Shown here one piece after another: positions 18,695-26,668 of a stretch of 28,698 nt of DNA. The notes beneath the pieces were generated by a model. The model searched no databases. It had not been told where the DNA came from and saw only the letters and a program-made list of their open reading frames with translations. The first letter of the stretch is position 1. Each line of letters opens with the position of its first letter. The translations under genes were made by a program, and so were the position numbers. Source of the DNA: a virus (taxonomy: Duplodnaviria > Caudoviricetes); the IMG/VR virus record IMGVR_UViG_3300044629_000793, positions 1-28,698 of that record. One strand, written 5' to 3'.

Positions 18695-19696
18695 TTACCC
18701 CTGAAATCTTAGTATGAGTTTTTTGCCACTGACAGTTGCCGAAACGAACATCGGGACAGACATCTGTTCGGTTTCATCAAGCGGGAGATTTTCCATTAAG
18801 ACTTCAATAAAAGCATCTGATACTGAATCTGGGTCAATATCTTTGTTAAATGTTAAAGTAATCGTCTCGAATCCGAGTGGGACATTTGAAGCTCGGTCCG
18901 ATGGAACAATACTCACTAGGGCGAGAGTGCCGCTATCCACCGAAGGAACATTGTCGATCCTCCTAAAGCCATCTACTTCTCGCTGGGCAATTTTGAATGA
19001 TGGGATCTCATCGTTTACTTCTACATATGTGGAAGCCCCAGTATAGAAGGTAAAGCTGTTGATCTCGCTTAGAGGTACGCCTTCGTAAACGTCAAATGAG
19101 AATGTATCGTTGAGGGCAAAATTACCAGCTGTGAATATGGCGAAGATTCCATCTTCGAGCTCAACGAGTCGATCTGTGACCAGGACGGAAGACTCTAATC
19201 CCCCTGATGTCTTGTGGTATGAGAAGGTGGCTGTGCCGAGCAAGCCAGTACTTCGTATTGTAATTACGAATGTGTCGTCCTCGCCCACGTATGGACCCTT
19301 TAGGAGGATGCTTCCAGTAGATGTATTCTCGGCGCCACTCTCAACAGAGCCAATTGTTTTAGAAACAACTTTTGTGCCAAGGATTACTTTGTAAGTGGCA
19401 TTGGGGGAGAGTGGTGAATTTGGTGTGAATACGAATGTAAGGTTGTCCTCTGTTGTTATGACACCTTCAACGATACCGGTGAATACGTCAGAAGTAAGAT
19501 AGCTGTGAGGTGGTTCGGGAGTTAAATTCTCCAGAGAGGGCCCCTGGACCACTAGCTTGCTTGTACTAGTCGTGACGATGAATGCGCCCGCCTGGATGCT
19601 ATCTGGATCAATCTCCTCATCAAAAGTTACAGATATAACTGTGTTTAAGGGACGTCCTTCGTCTTCGTTCTCTGGGCTAGTGGCGGAAATTTCCAT
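18695..19696 (-). CDS. Ig-like (Big_5/SbsA-like) domain virion protein, 333 aa
   Basis: TSPEN...PLNTVISVTFDEEIDPDSI...FTPNSPLSPNATYKV and a second copy VSIVPSDRASNVPLGFETITLTFNKDIDPDSV. GAGG SD. Confidence 0.75.
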   Translation of the reverse strand: MEISATSPENEDEGRPLNTVISVTFDEEIDPDSIQAGAFIVTTSTSKLVVQGPSLENLTPEPPHSYLTSDVFTGIVEGVITTEDNLTFVFTPNSPLSPNATYKVILGTKVVSKTIGSVESGAENTSTGSILLKGPYVGEDDTFVITIRSTGLLGTATFSYHKTSGGLESSVLVTDRLVELEDGIFAIFTAGNFALNDTFSFDVYEGVPLSEINSFTFYTGASTYVEVNDEIPSFKIAQREVDGFRRIDNVPSVDSGTLALVSIVPSDRASNVPLGFETITLTFNKDIDPDSVSDAFIEVLMENLPLDETEQMSVPMFVSATVSGKKLILRFQG

Positions 19697-19698
19697 TT

Positions 19699-20088
19699 TT
19701 ACCTCTTATATTTCTTACGAATTTCCTGAAGGGCCTTAGCTTCTTTCGAAAGTTCAGGTTCGGGCTCTTCTATAGCCTCTGGCTCAGGGACTGCTTCAGG
19801 CTCTTCTCCTTCTTTCGTGAATTCTCCTTCTTCGACATTTAGTCGCCAATTCTTTATATCTTCTTCTGGGACATCAAACGATTTTAACAGTCCAACAACA
19901 AATGTCTTCAATTCTCTCTCACAAGTGCCATGCTCTCTGAGCAGGACGGCTTCTGCGCGTAGAAAATCTTTTCGAACTTTGTGGTGCATCTTTACTAACG
20001 ATTCAAGTTGCTGGTCCATGTTTCTAATGATTTCCATATCCGCATCGGGGACTTTTCTTTTCTCGATCATACTTAATCCTATAATCAA
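19699..20088 (-). CDS. Hypothetical coiled-coil/acidic protein (~129 aa; start uncertain)
   Basis: ORF track; heptad-like N-terminal half and EPE-rich tail. Confidence 0.65.
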   Translation of the reverse strand: MIIGLSMIEKRKVPDADMEIIRNMDQQLESLVKMHHKVRKDFLRAEAVLLREHGTCERELKTFVVGLLKSFDVPEEDIKNWRLNVEEGEFTKEGEEPEAVPEPEAIEEPEPELSKEAKALQEIRKKYKR

Positions 20089-20130
20089 AAGTTCAATAAT
20101 CTAATCAATGACTTGATTCAGCATGATTAT

Positions 20131-20164
20131 AGAAAAAGAAAAAGGGGAGCGCAAGCTCCCCTTT
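20131..20164 (-). terminator. Rho-independent terminator after the fibre gene
   Basis: Minus strand AAAGGGGAGC-TTGC-GCTCCCCTTT followed by TTCTTTTTCT. Confidence 0.88.
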
Positions 20165-20189
20165 CAAAACCATTCACTATCGAACTAAA

Positions 20190-21923
20190 TTAGGCTTTCT
20201 GGAAAGGCAGCCCGATTCTAAGAATTAAGGAGTCTGTGCCTACAGAAGTTCCGACAGGGCAACACCAGTCTCCCGAGTCGATGTCGTTCGCAAAGTCTGT
20301 TGTTAGCAATCCAGAAGCAATTGCGTATACGATTGCACCAGGGGTAAAGTTCGCCGAATCTCGTGCAGCCGATGCAATCGAGAGGAAGGATCCGTCGACA
20401 GTATAGAGGCTGACGTCCTCATTGGCTGCAGAGATGTCCGAACCGTTACCAAGCAGACCCTGGACATGCATGCCAGCCTGGCTGTTTGCAGCTAGGGCGA
20501 CCTTGCCAGTTGCGGTAACAACATAAGCAGCCTTGTTTAGTGGAGCAGTGATGGCCGCATTCGAGACAAGACTTGACGAGTCCGAAGAAAGCAGCAGCTT
20601 ATCAGCGGTGACAGAGCTTGCAGCGAGCTTATCTTCGGTGATACCGAGGTCCTTGACCTGGATCGCGTCAGAACTAATCTCGATTGTGCTATTGTCCACA
20701 TTCACTGCCAGCTCATCACTTTCTACAACAAGAGCTCCGCCGTCCAACAGGCCGGCCATGATTGCCGCAAGCGAAGCCATCGAGGCCTTCTTGCTGCTGC
20801 TGTCTGATGCATCAACAAGCGTAATCATGTCAAGAGAATCTGGAGATGCCTTTGTGCTTAGCTCGCTGAGGGCAAGGGCAAGTACACCACCAGAAGCAGC
20901 AAGGCCATTTCCTGCCATTGTGCTTGCAAGCTGAGCGAAGCCGACATACTTCGTTGCGGAGTTAGCAACATCGTAGTAAGGGAAGTAGTCATCATCAATG
21001 GTGCTTCCGCTAAATACGCCTGCGCCGCTTGCCAGTGCACTCACATCAAGCTTCACACCTCCAGCTCCGAGGGCCAAGCCAGAGTTGCTATCGAGATCCA
21101 TCTTCAGTCCTGAGCTGATTTCAAGACCAGAGTTCGTGGCAAGAGTCAATGTGATATCGTTAGTATTAACTACGATGGCCGAGTTGCCCGAGACCACATC
21201 GATTATGCCACCTGTCTTTGTCAGGCCTGCGCCAGCTGTAATCGTACCTGAACTGGAGAACTGAGTGAATGTAACTTCGGTAGTTCCCATTGTGATGGCC
21301 GTATCAGGGGAGCTGAGCACCCAACCTGTGTCTGCGTTAGTCGAACCCTGCTCTACGAAACAGAACATGCCCGGAGTCATCTCACCATTTGCACCACCAG
21401 TATCTGCGTCGGTTGCACGAGTAAGAATGTATGGAGCAGAGATAATGTTACCAGCGTTAGTCACAACATAGATACCGTTCTGCTCTGGGTCTGCCTGATC
21501 CTTGATGAGGACTCTGTCGCCGGCAGAAAGAGACACACCGTCTACCTGCTGCATGGCAGCATTCGAGTTGCTTGTCAGCGTGGCCCCAACACCAGAAGCT
21601 CCATTGTCATAAGTTACGGCATCTGTTAGAGCAGCGGTAGTTGCCGCGACTACGCTCTTCTTGACATCAAGACCTGATGCTACGCTATCAGCGTACGACT
21701 GCACATATGCCTTCGAGGCAGCTGCATCTGATGCTGATGGGGTAGTTGGCAGGCCGAGAATCTCGCCACCACCTGACAAGGTAATATCCTTGTTCGAGCC
21801 CATTGTAATACCGTTGGTATCAGCGACGAATGCGCTGCTGGCGATATTAATAGATGTGGCAGCTTCTAGGGCATCAACAGGGACCAAACCACCTGAAGCG
21901 CTAAATGTATATGCCTTTGCCAT
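20190..21923 (-). CDS. Head/tail fibre or decoration protein, 577 aa
   Basis: DAAASKAYV, then GLDVKKSVVAATT...VDGVSLSAGDRVLIKDQ...QNGIYVV...LTRATDAD...FTQFS, a module common in phage fibre/decoration proteins. Repeated GL-containing shaft segments; C-terminal cement-like domain. Confidence 0.7.
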   Translation of the reverse strand: MAKAYTFSASGGLVPVDALEAATSINIASSAFVADTNGITMGSNKDITLSGGGEILGLPTTPSASDAAASKAYVQSYADSVASGLDVKKSVVAATTAALTDAVTYDNGASGVGATLTSNSNAAMQQVDGVSLSAGDRVLIKDQADPEQNGIYVVTNAGNIISAPYILTRATDADTGGANGEMTPGMFCFVEQGSTNADTGWVLSSPDTAITMGTTEVTFTQFSSSGTITAGAGLTKTGGIIDVVSGNSAIVVNTNDITLTLATNSGLEISSGLKMDLDSNSGLALGAGGVKLDVSALASGAGVFSGSTIDDDYFPYYDVANSATKYVGFAQLASTMAGNGLAASGGVLALALSELSTKASPDSLDMITLVDASDSSSKKASMASLAAIMAGLLDGGALVVESDELAVNVDNSTIEISSDAIQVKDLGITEDKLAASSVTADKLLLSSDSSSLVSNAAITAPLNKAAYVVTATGKVALAANSQAGMHVQGLLGNGSDISAANEDVSLYTVDGSFLSIASAARDSANFTPGAIVYAIASGLLTTDFANDIDSGDWCCPVGTSVGTDSLILRIGLPFQKA

Positions 21924-22036
21924 TGTCTCCCCCTGCTTATAAGAAATATATAAGCGTTATAAGTTTTACACTTGACAGTTAATACAAATCATGCTTGCCA
22001 AGTTTCAGGAAATCAATAACTGTGCGGTGGTGCTAG

Positions 22037-22489
22037 TTAAGGGGATATTGGAGGGAAGAGAATAAATGGGCCTGGGTTGATCATAACTAATAGAACTTCT
22101 TCAGTTTTAGCCTTGCCCACGACCTGAACGACAAGAGGAAAAGTTTCATCTTCTTCTGTTGGGGTCCAGATTGTCCCTGGTTCTTTACCCGCATAGTATG
22201 TACGCCCAGGGATTAGGCCCTCGAAGCCTGCAAGTTCCCCAGCCGAATGGACGCTACAAGATGAGCCACTCTTTGACGAGACAAAACCTATGGATGTCAT
22301 AGTATCCTGAGAAGAGCCATCGGCTTCTGCAACAGTATTTGAAGATGAAATATAGACGAGAGAGTTTAGAGGAAGACCGGGGTCGCAGGACCACACGCTA
22401 TCTTCGCCAGGAACGACGACGACCGTACCTCCAGAAGAGCCATTTTGGGAATTGATTGCTCCTGCACGGAGGTACGAGTGTCTACGCAT
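22037..22489 (-). CDS. Putative capsid cement/decoration-like protein, 150 aa
   Basis: LVYISSSNTVAEADGS...IGFV...GLIPGRTYY...VVQVVGKAKTEEVLLV resembles the C-terminal domain of 20190..21923. TAATG overlap. Confidence 0.5.
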   Translation of the reverse strand: MRRHSYLRAGAINSQNGSSGGTVVVVPGEDSVWSCDPGLPLNSLVYISSSNTVAEADGSSQDTMTSIGFVSSKSGSSCSVHSAGELAGFEGLIPGRTYYAGKEPGTIWTPTEEDETFPLVVQVVGKAKTEEVLLVMINPGPFILFPPISP

Positions 22490-23070
22490 TAGAGAACCGT
22501 TAGTTGAAATTCTTCTGAGACAAGAAGACGCTTGTGGTTAAAGACCAGAACTTCGCATGGGCCTGGACCTGGGTCATATCCATAGAGACTCTCCAGGGTG
22601 ACCTCAGCTACGATCTCATCATCCCCAACAGATATGCTGGTGATAGTTGCTGGGATTCTGATCCTATTCTTGAATGGCGTAGGGGCGATACAGTCGACCT
22701 TATTCCTCTGACGGACAAATAAGTAGACTTCTATGTCTGTGTCTTCAGCACCGAAGTTAGACCCCGTAATGGTCAGTTCCGTTGTCCCTGAGCGGGCCAC
22801 GGTTGCGTCGTCGTCTTGGTCTGTTGAGACATCTGTGACAGTCGGAGCATTGGCTATCGACCATGTTGAAATTGAGAGAATGTCGCCATCAGCATTCTTC
22901 TCTATCTGCCTTGTGAAAACCACGTCTGAATCCTCGTCTGTGGTGTCTCTCAAGAACGTCTTCGTTTCGGTGATCGTAGTATCAACGTTCCCATCGGCAA
23001 AACCGTCTGCAATTAGACTGGGTTCGGCTAATAGTGATGCCATCAACGAGTTAAGATATGGTTGCTTCAT
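22489..23070 (-). CDS. IPT/TIG-like Ig domain virion protein, 193 aa
   Basis: APTVTDVS...GTTELTITGSNFG...GPCEVLV is a typical IPT/TIG pattern. Confidence 0.65.
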   Translation of the reverse strand: MKQPYLNSLMASLLAEPSLIADGFADGNVDTTITETKTFLRDTTDEDSDVVFTRQIEKNADGDILSISTWSIANAPTVTDVSTDQDDDATVARSGTTELTITGSNFGAEDTDIEVYLFVRQRNKVDCIAPTPFKNRIRIPATITSISVGDDEIVAEVTLESLYGYDPGPGPCEVLVFNHKRLLVSEEFQLTVL

Positions 23071-23073
23071 TTG

Positions 23074-23607
23074 TTAGTTAGTCTCCATGGCCAGCTTATT
23101 CATCCTTGTGCGGGTCTTCTTAGGTGCCTCTACTGGCACTTCTGGCTCAATAACGTCCTCGATCACTTCTATTTCCCTGTAGAACTTATCTTCAAGGGTA
23201 TCTGGATCTTCTTGATGAATGCGCTCAATTCCATACTTGATTACTGTAATCACATCTTCTCGAGGGGAGGGTTTCGCCTTCTCTCTTTCCAGAAGAGAGT
23301 TTAGTTCGGCAAGACCAGCCCTTCTTTGCATTACGATTCTTGAAATATGCTTACGCTGAATCTCAGCAGCGGAGAGGGCAAGGATATCCAATCCCCCTGC
23401 CCCAAGAGATCCAAGTAGTGGACTCTCTGAGTCGATAGAACGAACAACTCCAGACTCTAAAGATTTGTCGAGAATAGTTCGCTGCTCTACTGAGAGCTTG
23501 GATAGTTCAGCCTCTGAGATCTCTCTCAGAGGCTTCGCCTTCATTAAAGTGATATTAGTATCTGGGATTTGCCAGAAGGCACGAGGTGGGTTCAGGTAAA
23601 TATGCAT
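23074..23607 (-). CDS. Hypothetical protein, 177 aa
   Basis: ORF with GGAG SD inside the structural operon. Confidence 0.75.
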   Translation of the reverse strand: MHIYLNPPRAFWQIPDTNITLMKAKPLREISEAELSKLSVEQRTILDKSLESGVVRSIDSESPLLGSLGAGGLDILALSAAEIQRKHISRIVMQRRAGLAELNSLLEREKAKPSPREDVITVIKYGIERIHQEDPDTLEDKFYREIEVIEDVIEPEVPVEAPKKTRTRMNKLAMETN

Positions 23608-23612
23608 AATGT

Positions 23613-23640
23613 TTACTCCAGTTTAGGTTAACCGGAGTAA
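23613..23640 (-). promoter_or_regulatory. Hairpin sequestering the SD of 23074..23607
   Basis: Minus strand TTACTCCGGTT-AACCTA-AACTGGAGTAA: 11-bp stem with one G-U, no U-tract; GGAG lies in the 3' arm. Confidence 0.6.
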
Positions 23641-23685
23641 GTATATGTCTGCTCAATTAACCTTGTCCAGTAAAACCTAAATTAA

Positions 23686-24132
23686 TTAGGCGTTATCGAA
23701 TGTAAGTGCGATGTACTCGTCACGACCGAAGTTGCCTAGAGGACTCACCTTTAGATAAACAGTCGTGTTTGATGCACCAGCAACATCTGTTACCGACACA
23801 GTAGCAGCCCCATTCGCACTTGTCTGGATAATTAGAGACGGTTTGGCCGTAGTAGTAATTTCTGATCCAGCACCAGTTTCGGCTAGGCGCCAAGAGCCGA
23901 CAACAGCAGCTAGCATGTTTGCGTCGAATACCTGGCAGTGGAACTTACAAGCAGCAGCAACATTTGTGCCACTGAAGTCCTTTACCTGAATAGCGACAGC
24001 ACGGACATTGCCAACTTCGGCAGCAGCGGTAAGCGAAGCGTAGAGTTGACCGACCTGGAGATCCGCAGCATCGGACTCTAGAGTGTCGACTCTATCGACA
24101 ATTGATACTTTTGAAAAATCAACCTGTGACAT
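23686..24132 (-). CDS. Putative capsid decoration protein with beta-sandwich, 148 aa
   Basis: Directly after the major capsid gene; AGGAG SD; short coiled coil then an Ala/Thr/Val-rich beta pattern. Confidence 0.55.
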   Translation of the reverse strand: MSQVDFSKVSIVDRVDTLESDAADLQVGQLYASLTAAAEVGNVRAVAIQVKDFSGTNVAAACKFHCQVFDANMLAAVVGSWRLAETGAGSEITTTAKPSLIIQTSANGAATVSVTDVAGASNTTVYLKVSPLGNFGRDEYIALTFDNA

Positions 24133-24143
24133 TTTTGACTCCT

Positions 24144-24182
24144 AATAAAAAGGGCCCTGACACCTTATCAGGCGAGGGCCCT
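24144..24182 (-). terminator. Intrinsic terminator (probably leaky) after the major capsid gene
   Basis: Minus strand AGGGCCCT-CGCCT-GATA-AGGTG-TC-AGGGCCCT then TTTTATT. Confidence 0.75.
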
Positions 24183-24205
24183 AGCATTCAGTTCAGCCTA
24201 ATTAA

Positions 24206-25516
24206 TTAGGGAACAGCTACGTTACGAGTTGCAGCAGAGATGCTTCCAGCCACATCAATGTGTGCCGTTGCTGGGAGGATGATCTTGTTGCTGTCTACTA
24301 CAATGTTCTTTGCAATTGCCAAACCTAGGCCTCTATCCTTTGGACGAATCAAGTAACGCTCGGAAATCTTGATCTTCAGGATGTCAGTCTCAGGGTCTGT
24401 CCACTCATTCGACTTAGGACCATGCTCTTCGATGTAGAACCCAAGCTCATTGCTATCTGCCATGATGATGCTTGTGGTGTTCGAGGACACATCATAAGGA
24501 ACCCAGGGGCTAACAACGATACGGAAAGGCAAGCCAAGATAACTTGGTAGAACTGGAGCTGTGCGCAAGTTCTGATATTCGCCATCTGCACCGATTGGTA
24601 GAACGTTTCCGTCTCCATCCTTAGGAACGTGACCGTTCTGGTTAGGCCACGAACGAGCCTGACCACCCGGTAGAGCCTGACCACCGAAGCCAGCAGGGAA
24701 ATCCTGATGAGCTGGGTTGCCTGTCCACTGACCTGGGTACCAAGCCTGCTGGTTCATCTGGGCGAAAGCACGAAGCTGAGCGTCCTGGAGGAACATGAGC
24801 CATGTCAAAGGATGAACGAACAAGAGGTTCGGGGTATAACCATGAGCTAGAACCTGTGCGTACATCTCAAAGACGTCGTCCATCGTGATAGTACCGTTCT
24901 GTGCACCTGTCAAATCGCGACCAGTTGTCGTACCAAATGCCGAATTCAATGGGCTCAAGTTGTCGTGGGTTACACGAGCAAGCTTGTACCACATATTCCA
25001 AATCTTCTCTTCCTTGTTACGTGCTAGAGCGCGAGCAGCCTGACGAGTTGCCATCGTGATTACATCGAACTGAGAGTAGCGAAGTACCTCATCCGAGAAC
25101 TTCACGGCAACACCGTACTTGGCTGGCGCGTTAGCGATCTGAGCTGCTGGACCATAGGTCACACGCAATTCAGGGAACGTCTCAAGCTCGCCGACCTCGA
25201 AATCACCGTCTACAGCACCCATAACTGGCATGTCGACGAATGTCCCGTAGCCATTGAATGGAAGACGCTGTAACATGTTGGTTGCAATAAGCATAGGCTC
25301 GATTGCTTCCTGGATGTTGTTGTTAATGACCTTAGGAACCCACAATGGGGATTCCCACATGGTCAAAACGTCCTTCATCTTCAGTTCTCTGCCATCTGGA
25401 AGCTGGTGCTTTGGAGAACGCCAAGCGTACTCAAAGTCCTTGAACTTTACATCAGCCTTTGCGTCCACTTCGTGGAATGGCATCTTCCTAAGCTGATTCA
25501 TATCTCTAATAGCCAT
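24206..25516 (-). CDS. Major capsid protein (HK97 fold), 436 aa
   Basis: WVPKVINNNIQEAIEP, VGELETFPE, KYGVAVKFSDEVLRYSQFDVI...AARALARNKEEK, TPNLLFVHPLTW, RIVVSPWVP, KIKISERY. Strong AAGGAG SD; followed by a terminator. Confidence 0.9.
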   Translation of the reverse strand: MAIRDMNQLRKMPFHEVDAKADVKFKDFEYAWRSPKHQLPDGRELKMKDVLTMWESPLWVPKVINNNIQEAIEPMLIATNMLQRLPFNGYGTFVDMPVMGAVDGDFEVGELETFPELRVTYGPAAQIANAPAKYGVAVKFSDEVLRYSQFDVITMATRQAARALARNKEEKIWNMWYKLARVTHDNLSPLNSAFGTTTGRDLTGAQNGTITMDDVFEMYAQVLAHGYTPNLLFVHPLTWLMFLQDAQLRAFAQMNQQAWYPGQWTGNPAHQDFPAGFGGQALPGGQARSWPNQNGHVPKDGDGNVLPIGADGEYQNLRTAPVLPSYLGLPFRIVVSPWVPYDVSSNTTSIIMADSNELGFYIEEHGPKSNEWTDPETDILKIKISERYLIRPKDRGLGLAIAKNIVVDSNKIILPATAHIDVAGSISAATRNVAVP

Positions 25517-25529
25517 CTTGGTTTACTCC

Positions 25530-26648
25530 TTAGCGCATGAATAGGCTGATTACGACTTCGCCCATTGTTGACTGTGCTTTATGCATGTTGTCAGGGTATC
25601 CGTCAGTTGCCGAACCTGGCATGCGGTCGAGAGCCTCGAAGCCCGGAATCGATGCGTCCCAGCGAGTCTTGACCTTATCAAGGAGAGACTTCGGGTGACG
25701 AGTATCGATCTTGATTACCTGACCGACGATACGGTTGTGGTACTTCTTCAAGCTAGCAAGCGCAGCATCTACAGCATCCTGGATGTCAGCCTGGAGTGCA
25801 CCACCTACAGTGACTGCCTCCGGCTCTGCAACAACGATGTTCGAGTCACGGTCGAATGTTACGCGAGAACCACGGACGAAGTCTGTGATGTCATCAGCAA
25901 CAGCAACCATCTGACCCTCGATCAACGGATCATACGAATCTACGACTGGGAGGATCAAGCAGTAGTTCGTACGGACTGTCTTTGGCTCCATCTGGAGACG
26001 CCAGTGCTCATTACGCTCTAGAGTGCCATCATCCTCTGCCTTGCGAGCTTCCATGCCTGTTGCCGAACCCGTATTGAACAAGTGTGCGTTTGAAGCGCGG
26101 CTGATTGTGTCCATCGATGTGCGGAGCCAAGAGCCCGATGCACAACCAATATGATCACCAATCGTAACAGCGAATGTCATAGCACCATCGCAGTCGACTG
26201 TCACGTCGCTATCGCTATATGCCTGAAGAGGGTTGCCATCCATTCTAATCATAGAATAGATAACTGGCTCGTTCAGCGTTACTGCAATACCGCGAGAGTT
26301 CTTTACACCGTTGTCGACATCTGCCTGTGAGTAGCGGATAAAATCAGCACTGGCATTAGCCGACGTGAAGTTAACGTTGCCGCTTCCCCAGTTTGCCAGA
26401 CCTTCTGCTGTCTCCTGTTCAATAGCGTAACCGGCTGGAACAAGGAAGCCCATGCTATCAAGAGCTACGACCTTGCCCTGAAGCACAACGTAGTATTCGT
26501 TATGCTTCTCGACGAAAAGCTGAAGAGGCAAGTATGGGGCTACGTGTGCATGTAAACGCGGATATTCTGTTGGGCAGAACTCCACGTTTGGGACCATCAC
26601 GCCGAAGTCTCTTGCGTACCTCTTAATTGTTGGGTTGTAAACTGCCAT
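25530..26648 (-). CDS. Capsid-associated structural protein (decoration/stabiliser candidate), 372 aa
   Basis: Between protease and major capsid gene; GGAGG SD; VVLQGKVVALDSMGFLVPAG resembles head-decoration N-termini. Confidence 0.55.
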   Translation of the reverse strand: MAVYNPTIKRYARDFGVMVPNVEFCPTEYPRLHAHVAPYLPLQLFVEKHNEYYVVLQGKVVALDSMGFLVPAGYAIEQETAEGLANWGSGNVNFTSANASADFIRYSQADVDNGVKNSRGIAVTLNEPVIYSMIRMDGNPLQAYSDSDVTVDCDGAMTFAVTIGDHIGCASGSWLRTSMDTISRASNAHLFNTGSATGMEARKAEDDGTLERNEHWRLQMEPKTVRTNYCLILPVVDSYDPLIEGQMVAVADDITDFVRGSRVTFDRDSNIVVAEPEAVTVGGALQADIQDAVDAALASLKKYHNRIVGQVIKIDTRHPKSLLDKVKTRWDASIPGFEALDRMPGSATDGYPDNMHKAQSTMGEVVISLFMR

Positions 26649-26668
26649 TTCTTAAATGTCCTCCAAAA

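Noticed and set aside
21972-22000. TTGACA on the plus strand (and on the minus strand near 12581-12586) as sigma70 promoters
   Set aside because: No properly spaced -10 element; the first is antisense to the operon and the second is just upstream of a terminator.
475-24684. Short alternative-frame minus ORFs (475..684, 5211..5393, 9158..9346, 12727..12933, 14353..14538, 16593..16859, 16946..17173, 20858..21040, 24376..24684)
   Set aside because: They overlap better-supported genes and have no independent support.
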